A stretch of 64,000 nt of DNA, taken from NCBI GenBank assembly GCA_028534125.1, contig CM052816.1:33854001-33918000 (forward strand), given 5' to 3'. The translations under genes were made by a program, and so were the position numbers. The notes beneath the pieces were generated by a model. That model ran no database searches, was not told the origin of the DNA, and worked only from the letters and a program-made list of their open reading frames with translations. This document shows, one piece after another, positions 51,432-64,000 of the stretch (the stretch's first letter is position 1; every line of letters starts with the position of its first letter). The DNA comes from Lama glama. Taxonomy: Eukaryota.

Positions 51432-54197
51432 TTTGGTATGTCTGAGGGGTTTCTGTGGTTGGTGGTGGGGAAATCTGCTTAAATGAGATGGTTTTAATTT
51501 GGATTTCCCTTTTAATGATGTTAATCATCATTTCATCTAGTTATTGGCCACTTGGATTTCTTTTGTCAATTACCTGTTTAAGCCTCTTTATATTTCTGTT
51601 GTTTTTGGAATTCTTTATATATTCTGGATATATTATGGATATGAGCCTTTTGTCAGTTCTATGTGTTGAAAAAATGGTCTGTTATTTGAAGTTTTGCCTT
51701 TTTATTCTCTTATGATGTCTTTAGATATATTTACAAGCAGAGACAATAATCAAAATACTCAGCTGTCAACACAGTGTGGAGACTGATAAATCAAAGTAGT
51801 GTTCATCTACTGAATATCAGGCCTATGTACAAGGATTTTTAAAAATTACAGCATCAGTTAGAGTGGCTAGAATTAAACTGGGAGTAATGAGATATGTCAG
51901 TTAATAAAGGAATTATTGTATTTGTGTACATCCATACTGCTGCATATTAGGGTTAGTTGAACTTGAATATCTGATAAGTTTAATGAAGAAAGCATGCTAT
52001 AGTGTTGTATACCTGGTTGCATTTACTAAAACGAGTGTACACAGGTTGTTTTATGTTTGTGAGCATCAAGAAAGGTACACAAAATTTTGCACTGACCCAT
52101 TAATCTGGACTGTTGCTGCTGGGTAGAATTGGAGGCAGTAGAGTCTGGAGGTACCCCTGAATGTATAGTCTGTTATAAACAGCACTGCTATGTTAATACT
52201 TTTTAAAAAACATCTAATTTCTAATGAAATTTATAAGAAATTAAATGGATAAAGAGTCCACTTTATCCTAATTCCCATGACACTCTGTACTGATGGGAGG
52301 ATTAAAGTTGATTTGGACTCTTCATGCAGAGTAGGTCCATGTCGATCAAAGATGTATCACCTCTGATGACTATTGAGAGTTTTCAGCCAACTTTTACCAT
52401 ATCTGTCTAAGCAGATGTCTCCAAAAGGAGGAGTGAAATAGGGAACAGAAAGTCAGGAGTGAAGTTACTTCAGATGCCCGATTCTAGCAGACTGTGAGTT
52501 CTAACACCTCGGCTCTTCCGCTGTTCTACTATAAGCTCCACAATGGCAAGGTTGTGTGTTTCTTTCCCCACTGTATCCCAGTCCCAGGCTTAGTGCCTGA
52601 TAACGTAGGAGTTAGTCAGTGAGTACTCACAGATCTAGTGACTGGTTATGTGCAGTCACTTAGGGCGGCAGTTAAAGAGTTGGTCATTCCATTAGTTGTT
52701 CTTTACTGGAATATTTATGTTTGGCTCTAGTTTCTAGGGCACCATGCCATTATCTCTCCTTGTTCTGTGATTCTGTGGCATTGTGATTACTTTTTATATA
52801 TATATGTCTTCCCAGTAGGACTGTGAGTTCCTCAGGGGCAAAATCTGATTTTTATTCATTTTTTTTCTATATCCCACACAGTAACTAATTCAGTAAATCT
52901 TGAATATAGTAAGTTGTTGAAAAAATGTGTTTTATTCTCTCAGATCATTCCTATGAATAGCATGACTCCAACAATTATTTGAACACATAAACAACTCATT
53001 GATTCTACTACCTGTTCATTATTCCCCCGATGTCACCTTGGATCCCATGCCTGTTTTTAAGCTCTGTGGTATGTCACTGTAATCACTTACTCATTTTCTT
53101 GCATATACCCTCAACTTGTTTTTCTCACTTCTCTTTGAAATACTTGTCTACTGTCTCTGTACTTTCCCTGCTGGATCCGTTCCATTCACAAGACTTTACC
53201 ATATGTGTGCTAATTACTCAAAATGTATATCTTTCCCCTGAAATTGAAACTCACATCTAACTGCCGATTGTACATCTCCACTTGGATGGCCATGGCCATC
53301 TCAAACAGAACATGGCCAACTGAACTTACTCTTTATCCTCACCCCAAATCTGCTCCTGTAGCAACCTTCCCTATCTCGATAAATATCAGTTCCATCCTTT
53401 CAGTTACTTAGTTCAGTCATGGCTCCTTTTTTTTTTTTTCCCCTCTAATGCCTAATTTCTAATTCATTAGGCAGTCTGGTTGGAGCTAATGTCAAAATAT
53501 ATCCATTATTCAAACCCGTCTCTTTAATTACATTGCTGTAATCCTGATCCAAGCCAAATGACCCTTCACCTAATTTTATGTGTGCTGTCTCCCTAGGTAC
53601 CCCCTCCCCACCCTGACTCCAATTCTTAACACAGCATCGGAATGATCTTGTTAAAACTTCACTTGAGTTATGCCCCTCCTCTTATCAAAACCCTGTAATA
53701 GCTTCCCATCTCATCCAGAATCAGTCTGACTCCTTGTCACCTCTCTGACCTTACTACATACATCTTTCCTCTCCTGCCCACGTTACTTCAGCCACGTTTG
53801 GACTGATTCCACTTGCACGGAAGGAATAATGGTTTAGCTTAAATTGAACCAACACTAATACATGTGAGGAGATAAGTCAGTTTTCAACATAATTGAAGAA
53901 ATGCTGGATTTTACTTGTGAATAAGGCCTATACCAACAAGACTTCTGGCAGCTACTTCAGAAACTTTTTTTTCAGAGGCTACAAAGTTCTTTGATGTTAT
54001 GAGAATTATGTTTCTCAATCCAAGAATATTAAAAGATCAATCTAGGAGGCATGTGAATATATATATGTATACACACACATAATTTTACTGATATGTTTGT
54101 GAGAAACATTCTTATTAAGGTAAAGTACTTTTTAAGAAAATAGGTAGACTTAGCCACTGGAAGTTGATTAATTAAAATTTGGAACTGATAGCTATAA

Positions 54198-54520
<323 letters not shown>

Positions 54521-55179
54521 GGTAATTGAATGCTGTTTGGTTACTTAGTATGTGAACTTTCTCTTGTAGTTGGATGATTACATGTTCTAAAATACTGAAA
54601 GAAAAAAATAAGAATACTCCTTTCTTTAATTAAAAGTAGGCAGAGTTTAAAATACTAATGCAAATTAAAGTTAAAGCTTATAACCAAATAATCCAGTGTC
54701 AAATGGCTTTTTGAGTGAAGATTCTTCATATGGCTGTAGCCACTAGTCGAAGAGCCCACAGCAAAATATGCAAAGCTGGTACATAAATTTTTGATAATGA
54801 AAATTCTACTGTTTTCTAAATAAAAGTTAACTGATAGATCATGTGTCCCAAAGAGGAAAGAAAGCTCCCCTCAACGTTCACTCTAAATACACGGAGTAGT
54901 CTATTCTTTCTCGGTAACAAACTATTCACCTAAGTTGTTAAAAAAAAAAAAAATTTCTTTAAGAATATCTCATTAATTCCCAAATTTTCAAACACATGAA
55001 AACAGAAGAGGAAGTGAAATAAGTCCTTATTTTACTTTTTCTTCATTAGATCCAGTTTTGGCAGAGAAATAATATACATACGATTGTGTTTTAATAATAA
55101 ACAGTCAATGAAATAACTGCACAAAACTGAAGCCTTAATTAAGCCTTAATTTTTGTTTGAACTTTTTCCCCAAAATTCG

Positions 55180-55600
55180 ATATCTTGCTGAAGTATAATT
55201 GATTTACAATGTTGTGTTAGTTTCATGTATACAGCAAAGTGATTTAGTTATACATACATATATATATTATTTTCCAGATTCTTTTTCATTATAGGTTGTT
55301 ATAAGATATTGAGTATATTTACCTGTGCTATACTGTAGGACCTGTTGTATATCTCTTTTATATGTGGTAGTGTGTATATGTTAATCCCAAACTTCTAATG
55401 TATCCTTTCCCCTTTTATTAACCATAGTTTGTTTTCTGTGTCTGTGAGTCTATTTCTGCTTTGTAAATAAGTTCACTTGTATGATTTTTTTTTTTAGATT
55501 CCATATATAAGTGATATCATGATATCTGTCTTTCTGTGTCTGACTTTCTTCACATAATATGGTAATCTCTAGGTCCATCCATGTTGCTGCACATGGAAGC
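55180..55600 (-). mobile_element. L1 3' end fragment
   Basis: tgatttacaatgttgtgttagtttc...tctctaggtccatccatgttgctgc. Confidence 0.8.
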
Positions 55601-56313
55601 CATCCTGTTAAAAGTGTGGTTGTTACTTCCTAGTTACTTGGTTTATGGTTGCCCATATAAAAAGCTTTTTTTTTAATCCATGAAAAAGTTGATTAGAAAA
55701 AAGAATACACTTTATGTATGCAGATAGTTGCCAGCAGGTACATTTATCCTTGAGCTTCTCTTCACTGGGCCGACTGCTCCCTGGGGCAGCCCCAGGAGTG
55801 GGTCCGTTAAGGTGAGGCGGGGACGGTCTTTCTCTCTTCTGTTCATTAAATTCAGTCCATCCACGGTGAAGTAGCTGGAGTTTCCAGCAAACTGGCATCA
55901 AGCTAATTTCTGTTAAATCACATTTCTTCAATAAACTTTTCCTTCTGAAATCAGAGATTCATTCTTGTGTTGGCAAATGAAATAGAAGTAGTCCCTAGAA
56001 AGTGAAGAGTGAGAATTATTTTCAGCAAATGACTAATGATACTACTGAAAATATTAACATTCTCTACGTTTTAACGCTAATACAGTTTACATAAAATGTC
56101 AGAAAATAGAAATAATAAAAGCCAAACTGTAAAGCTTAAAGAGCATCAGTGTGATAAAATGACTTTGGCATTCTCTCTTAATTATATTTTCAATGAATCA
56201 ATAATAAAAATAAATGGTAAGAATTGATAAGTAAAATATAAATAATAAAAATAAACATATATTAAATTTTAAAAGGTGTATATTTTGTTTACCTCCTTTA
56301 TGCTTCCCTGTAA

Positions 56314-56463
<150 letters not shown>

Positions 56464-57280
56464 TAAATTAGCAGTGAACGCATAATTTGAGAGCTTCAAT
56501 ATTTAAAAATTGTGCAGGAGCCAAGGAAAATTTGCCTTTCTCTATTGAAATATCTGATAGTGTTTCATTATGAAAGTTCCTTTTGTAGTTTTGAATTTAT
56601 GAATTTGACTGCTCAACTTTTTAATTACAAAATTGTTTTAAAAAGAATGGCTCAGCAGAGTCTTTATTCCTTTTTCTAAAATTAGTAACTAATTAAAAAG
56701 GAATATAAAATGTCATTTAGTGATTTTCAATTACAAAAGGCACTATACTTTAGAAAAACTTGTTTCCTCATTTTATAATTCTTTCTCGTAAAACATTAAC
56801 CAAATGGCCATTTGTTTTTCACTTATTTTAAACAGCCATTTTACTCATTACCTTTTCATTTATCACTTCTCATTCCTGTGTCTCCTTTCAAACCACCCTT
56901 CAACCAATCTCAAAAAGAAATTAAAACACATTACTTTTAAAGAAGTAAATTTCCTTCTATCATTATCCCAAATTTTATGGGAATGCCTGTTGAAGTGAGT
57001 TTTAGAATATTAACCATATGAGGTCAGAGAGTATTTCTCCGTATAAGTTGGCTTTTGTAGTGCAGTCTGGGAGCTTTCAAGCAACAGGACAGATAGGGAT
57101 GACTTTGCATTTAACTTGGCTTTATGGCACTTCTTCACAGTGCTGTCCCCAGCCTGACCCAATGAAATGTTTACGTGATACTGATGTAAACCATCTTGGC
57201 TTACCAGCAGCGTGCAGCCACTTGCTCTTCTTTGTCAAGTAAATCTCAGTTGTTCATAGCAGCTCCTGGAACTCTTTGTA

Positions 57281-57796
57281 CACTCACACCTTGGAGGTAT
57301 TGTGGGTTTGGTTCCAGACCATCTTAATAAAGCAAATACTGCAGTAAAGCGAGTCACATGAATTTTTTTGTTTCTCAGTACATATAAAAGTTACGTTTAA
57401 ACTGAAGTACCCAGGATCTACCAGGAGTAACTGGTAACAACAGCTTTCATAGTGCTTAGTTCATTTCAGAAACTATGTGAATGATTACTGAATGAATAAT
57501 GTGTTGCTCTATGTGTATATATTTATATACACTTACCAGTATTATCGTGAAATGTAACTATTAAATAAAATACTGAATCAAAAAAGTTGTTTACACTATA
57601 CTGTAGTCTATCAAGTGTGCAAATAGCATTATATCTAAAATATGCACAGACCTGAGTTAAAAAAAATAATGCTGTTGGAAAAATGGCACTTATAGACTTA
57701 CTAAAGCAGAGTTGCCACAAACTTTCAATTTGAAAAAAAAATGCAATTATCTGCAAAGCACAATAAATCCAAGTGCAATAAAACAAGGAATGCCTG
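57281..57796. mobile_element. Tigger2a/MER28-like TcMar DNA transposon, split by an insertion
   Basis: TA flanks at 57279-57280 and 57797-57798; ggttccagacca...aaagcgagtcaca and tgctgttggaaaaatggc...tgcctg match the recalled consensus. Confidence 0.8.
57404..57581 (+). pseudogene. Probable retrocopy of an mRNA 3' end; source unidentified
   Basis: AATAAA at 57564-57569, an A-run about 10 nt later, flanked by a duplicated target aaaagtt(ac)gttta(a/c)act. Confidence 0.6.
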
Positions 57797-57949
57797 TAAT
57801 GACTTGAGGTACAAGTTTCTCCAGGACCTTAGCTCTATATTCTTCCTTGTGCAGCTCCATTGGCCCCTATTTCCTCTGCCTTGATTTTCTAGCCTTCCAC
57901 TCTACTCTTTTATAGCGCTTACCTTGAGCACTGTCTTCTGTCATCCATT

Positions 57950-58325
57950 TCTGTTCCATTTCCCCACCACTGTATATGTGGCCTGGTGATCTATTTTGTG
58001 TTGGCCAGAACAGCTGGAGCTCCTCAGGCATTCCTCTCTCTCCTGCCCCATCTCCCCCAACTCTGTATTCTCTCCAGCTTAGTGACTTCTGCGTAGTTGA
58101 ACTTCCTACCTGGCAGTTTAGAATTCCAAAGCTAGCTAGTATCCTGACGAAGAGATTGAGGGGGCAGCTGTACTGTCTTTTTTGGAAGTCATGCAGTGTC
58201 CCTTCTTCCACATTCTCGTGATTGAAGCAGTCACAGGGTCTGCTCAGGTTCAAGGGGAAGTGGGTATAGACTTCACCTTTTGATGGGAGGGATGTCAAAG
58301 AGTTTGTGAACATTCTAAACCATAA
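57950..58325. mobile_element. MaLR MLT1-type LTR fragment
   Basis: ttggaagtcatgcagtgtcccttcttccacattct...caggttcaaggggaag...tttgatgggagg. Confidence 0.6.
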
Positions 58326-58357
58326 TGTGGTCTTGGTGACTGAGTAAATAATTATGA

Positions 58358-58636
<279 letters not shown>

Positions 58637-61600
58637 TAGCCACATGACATCTGTTTTAGTATCTAAGTAGGCCATTGGTTTTATTATGGAATATTCTCTT
58701 GTTTGGTAGTTTATTTTAATCTCCTCTAAGTGTGGATACTACGTAATTGCTTGATATCCAAATGGAGATAGTTTGATTAAAATATAATTTCACCAACTAT
58801 GTAAGAAAATAACATTAAATTAAAAATCAAGTTTATGCTTGCTTCTGGGTATATATAGCTTTTCTCCTCTCTATTTTAAGTGTTTCTAAATGCCACTTTT
58901 CCATTTAAAAATGACTTCCAAGGTTAGATCGGAAATGCTGACTGATACTCTTAAATTGTTGCCTGATTTGAGAAGATGAGTTCTTCTCTCAGTATTCTAT
59001 GTCATTTCAGAGCCGTAAGGTGGGAAACCATCTTCACATAGCTCATATTCATGAGATCCTGGAAATTATATAGTTCCACTCCCTGTGATCATGGTTGCCT
59101 GCTGCAAAATTTATTATTAGTCAAAGAAAGTCAGCTTAACTAGTGGTTTTATTGGAAAGAAAAGCAAAGCTAGAAGAAGGGTTTCTTTAAGAATATATAC
59201 ACACACACACTCACATATATAGTGTATTTGCAAAAATTTTTTTTCTGATTTAATTTTGATTATGAACTGTTGTAAAACAGGCAGGAAAATATTCATGAGC
59301 CAGGGCATTTTGGGAAGATACTGTATTTCTGACCTTATAGATCAAGTCTAGTTCCTTCCTGACATGTTTGCTGGTAAAAGATACAGAAAGCATGTAACGG
59401 AACTTGAACATGCACAGAACTGAGGCTTTGCATAGAAGCACTGAGGGCAGAGACAGGTACGATTAAAATGTCTTTTCCATCTTTCTTCTTTCTTTATTTC
59501 CCACACTTCATTATGGAGACGTAGAAAAGATTATATAATTATTTTTGGATTTTAAAAGTTATATATGTGTGTGTATATATAATACATGAAAATACATGTA
59601 TCTATGTATATGTCTTTTATAATGGAAAAACAATGGAGTAGAAGAGCATAGAACATGAGCAAGTCTGGCTTTTTTCTCCTTTTCAACTCCTTTGGTGACC
59701 TTCTCCCATTTCTCACCTTTATATTTCTATTAGCAATAAAAATGGCTATAAAATAAAGTTTTAGCCATTGCACACATTGCTTATAATTTATATACCCCAT
59801 GCCTATATTTAAAAAAAATTCCTATATCTTCTCCTCTGGAACTTTAGACTATTTGCACAGACTCTTCTAGCAGCTGTAAACATTTGGCACTTGACTATGT
59901 GCCTTGCACAATAACGAGTGCTTTAGATGTGTTAGACTTATCAACTTATTTCATCTTCACAATAATCCTAAAAGGCAGATGCTGCTATTTTATCCACCAT
60001 TCTACAAACAGGCCTAGAGAGTTTAAGTGAATTATCCAAGGTCTCAACAGAGAAAACTTTGAAACCCAGAGTCTAGTGGACTCTCAGCCATGATTCCACA
60101 CATTTACCTCGGTTTTCAGATTTCCTAACTTTAATGCTTGCTTTTTATTGTTCTAGACAATATAAATTAGCTAGTGGAAATAGGCATGCTTTGTAAGTAC
60201 CTTTGATTTTAGGCAAGAAGCCATTTCAGTTATCCTTCTTGCCTTTGTAGAATTTTCATTTTTTATCTGACAGTCAGTTGGAAATGTCCTTTTCTTTTCT
60301 TGTTTTTGGCAGAATGCTGTATTGAAGGCTGTTGCCACAGAGGCATTACCCGCCTTAATATGCACCATTTTGTTCCTCCTTTGACAAAGTATATAGCTCG
60401 GGGCTGGGAAGAGCCAGAAATGTCTGATTCTTTATATTATGTACTTTCAGATTTTGTGTGCCTTCTTTCCTCATTATTTACCTCTGAGCATAGAATCTTA
60501 ACTGTTGAAGGCTACTCACTGATGTATAAGATTAACGTATAAGCAACAGTAGTTTGATACATTTTAGATAGAAATACAAGCTGTGTTCTTAAAGCTTCTG
60601 TAGAAGAACATGAAACACATAACCAACTATTAAAATGTAACACATACTAAATATTATTCAGCATTTCTATTACACAGTTAGATAACTGACTTGGAGAAAT
60701 AAAGAGAAGAAGTGCAAAGAGAAGGGAAAGAAGAGAGAATAAAGAATAAGGAAGAAGAAAATGAATGAGCAGAGAAAGAAACTGACAAGCAGAAATTCAG
60801 TCTAGGAGGCAAAGCTTAAGTTGTCAGGCTACAGAGAGAGTATATACACAAATAAGACATGAGGAAAGATGCATAGAAAGTCCCAGAATTCCTCAGATAT
60901 GGGATGACAGGTTTTTCAGTAAAAACCTGGCTTTGCAGAACATTACAGATGAAAGCTTCTAAAACCATTTTTTCCAACCATAGTTATAGAGTTTCACGTC
61001 TGGATCAGGTGAAACTTATAACCATATTGGGGTCTGATGCAGCAGTTACTCAAACTGATATGTTGTTCATGTATTATTCTGTTGTGTTCCACATTAAATT
61101 TTTAAACATTACTTAATACTGCTTTCAGTATCCTTCTCCGGTCCCTTGCAAAATCTGAAATTCTTCTGATGAATTTCTCATTCATTGTCTATAACAGTGG
61201 ATATTTCTGACTTTAATATTCTCTTTTAGACTATTGCAGTATTCTCTTAAATGGTCTGTTGCTCTCCATTTCCTTCTCATTTAGCTTGAGTCTCTTGGAG
61301 AAGCATAGCACTGTGTCAGAGACGTCTGCATGAAGAGATCCCTTGGCATGACATAAACATTTTATTTTCATTTTTAAGTCCATGAATGGTGCATGCTTAT
61401 AATTTATGGATACATTTACGAATATTGATGGTGTATTTTCAGAATTTATTTTAATGATAGAAATTTGTGATAAAAATATTGGGAAATCACTGCCATAATA
61501 GAAAGTTTAGGACTTATGATGCAATATGCACAATCCTGGGTTCAAAGTCCAGGAATGCCAATTATTTGCTTAATAGTCTTGGGTAAGGCACTAAGACTTG

Positions 61601-62024
61601 GCAGAATTGTATTATTTATTTATTAACTTTTTTTACATGTAGATGTAATAATGCCCTGCATCATTTTTAAGAGGATTTAGATATATGTATATCCTGATAG
61701 TGGATGTAGTAATAGTTTTTGTTATATGGCCCTTTTCCATAATCTTATGATTCAGCAATTTAGGCATATGTTCCATTTATTTCTATAGTTTGTGTTTTTT
61801 TCTCATTTTCTGTGAAATCTTACATATCATTTATTTTTGCAGGTATTTCATTTTTTGTAGTCTGTATAAAACAGTTTTAGCTATACATGTATTTTAAACT
61901 TCAGAAGTAAAATATTAAAGTGTGTATTTAGTAATGACGTCTATGTATGTGTTTGTGTTTTCCTGAGGAGATCAGGGTATTAGTACAGCATACTATGCAC
62001 AGACAGAATATTTCACAAAACTAA

Positions 62025-62235
62025 AGCAATGTTTTCAAACTGTTTTGACTGAGACCTATTGAAGGAAATAATGTTTTGTATTGCAACCCAGCACACATAA
62101 TACACATTCATTTGTATACTGAAACAAGAAACTGTGATGTACTATAATATTTTCTCTTTTGTTTTACTTAAAAACTGCCTCTCAGTTGATTTCATGACTC
62201 ACTTAAGGGGCATGACTTGCAATTTGAAAAATATT
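62025..62235. mobile_element. hAT-type MITE
   Basis: Degenerate terminal inverted repeats caatgttttcaaact ... aatttgaaaaatatt. Confidence 0.45.
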
Positions 62236-62497
62236 ATTCTAAAGGACATAGAAGAAAATAGCATTCAGTTTTGGTCATTATATATAATGTAGAGATGATT
62301 TATGACTTTTTTTTTTGCTGAACCAGTATTTCAGCCTAGGTATAAGTGTGTTACAGTTATTTCAAAGGCACATAATCTCAAGTGAATTTGAAATGGTCTC
62401 ATCAAAACCAAATGTAATAATAAAATGGTTTATTTTCCGTATGGTTTTTAAACATTTATTGATACAACATAAAAATGCTTTTCTCTTTCTCTCTTGA

Positions 62498-62626
<129 letters not shown>

Positions 62627-64000
62627 TAGAAATGTTTTATGTTATATTTTGAGAAGCTCAGACTCTCATGATACAGAGCATAAGCTGTATTTTATTTTTC
62701 TTGTAAGATAATAGGTGCAGTGTTGAAGAGCACAGGTTCGGGGCCAGACTGCATGGGTTTTACTTTTAAATTTCCTACTTAACTAAACGTATGACCTTGT
62801 CCATGTCTCAGTTTTCTCATTTGTAATACTATTGACCCCAATGGATTTCAAGAAAGTCAAAAATCATATGGTAGTAAGGTTAACACTGGTGGCAATGGAG
62901 AAGCTGGACTGCAGTAAGGAGAGAGTGGACCAAGGGGTCAATTAGCTATGACATAGGCAAGAGAAGTTAAGGATATGAATACTGAAATGAAAATGGATAA
63001 AGAGTTTTGAAAAATGTTTAGGAGATTAAAAAAAAACCAAAACACTGGACCTGGTGATCAGTTGGACCTAAGCTATATATAAGGGTAAGTGAGAAATTCA
63101 GGAGGAATCTTAAGTTCTACATACTGACTACTAAGGTCAAGATAATGGTGCTCTAAATTGACAACATTTTGGAGAAACATGGGGACATAGTGAATTTTGA
63201 AGTTGACTCAGGTGTATATAACCAGCCAGTGGTTGGAAGTAGGAAAATAAGGGAAGCCTGGGGCTCACTTACCACATGGTGGTTAACATGGATGGTTTGC
63301 CAGTCACCCACCCGTGTTACCGTGCATGAGCTAACCTGGGAATGAGAGGTGGTGGTGAGGAGAGATTTATTCTAGGGGTAGATTCTTGAGGAACATAAAC
63401 ATTTAATAGATTATTGGAGTGATAGGCATCAATCAGTAAAGGAGGATTTAGGGAAATAGGAGGGAGTGATGATATAGAAATTCAAACAGGGGAGATTCAG
63501 GAAAATCAACATTATCAAGAGCTGTAGAAGTATTAAATAACAGGAGATCTGAAAGTGGTGGTGGGTTTCTGTAGTCAGAAAGTCACTGTTCTTGGGAGCA
63601 TTCCCCAGGGAAGCACAGTTCAGATTGAAGATAAAGAATAAAGAAAACATTTAGGCTTAAGATAGAGATGGTGAACTATTTTAAAAAAGCTTAGCTATGA
63701 AAGGAAGGAGAAATAATGTCAATTGGATGAAAAAACAAGGTCAAAAGAAGAGAAGATTAATATGTTGTGGAGTAAGAGATGAAGAGACTCACGATACAAG
63801 AAAGGGGATAATATTTGATGGGAAAAGTCAGGCAGGAGGCTGTAGAAGGAAAGAGTGGAGTGTTTTGGATAAAAGTTTTGTTACGAAGCAAAGACGAACC
63901 TGTAGATTGGCAGAATAGGAACTTCTGTCTATCATATCACTTGTTTTGATTTCATCATTGTTAGAAATTTTGTTTAACTCCTCACAATATTCAGCATAGT

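Noticed and set aside
55130..55151. Tandem 11-mer aagccttaatt x2, with a similar short duplication near 32500
   Set aside because: Ordinary replication-slippage duplications.

Overview
Mammalian nuclear genomic DNA, probably camelid given a tRNA-derived SINE resembling the camelid Vic-1 family at 54356-54520. The window holds two divergent protein-coding genes. SLC25A46 (mitochondrial outer-membrane carrier-family protein) is complete on the minus strand: 8 coding exons from ATG 24077 to stop 4435, 1263 nt CDS = 420 aa, all introns GT-AG with consistent phases, and a ~3.5 kb 3'UTR ending near 960. TMEM232 is partial on the plus strand: a probable non-coding exon 1 ends at 30919 in a second CpG island, five coding exons lie between 44850 and 62600, and the gene continues beyond the window. 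The rest is intron and intergenic DNA rich in L1, L2, MIR, LTR and hAT/Tigger relics. I found no wholly new gene system. The best leads are a SINE insertion that duplicated a TMEM232 splice donor, a candidate recursive splice site and a candidate 31-nt poison microexon in SLC25A46 intron 5, an apparent 16-codon in-frame deletion in TMEM232 exon 2, a short mRNA 3'-end retrocopy nested in a Tigger transposon, a 30-bp intronic copy of SLC25A46 exon 5, and a twin-primed inverted L1. Repeat family names and human comparisons are from memory, not from a database search.
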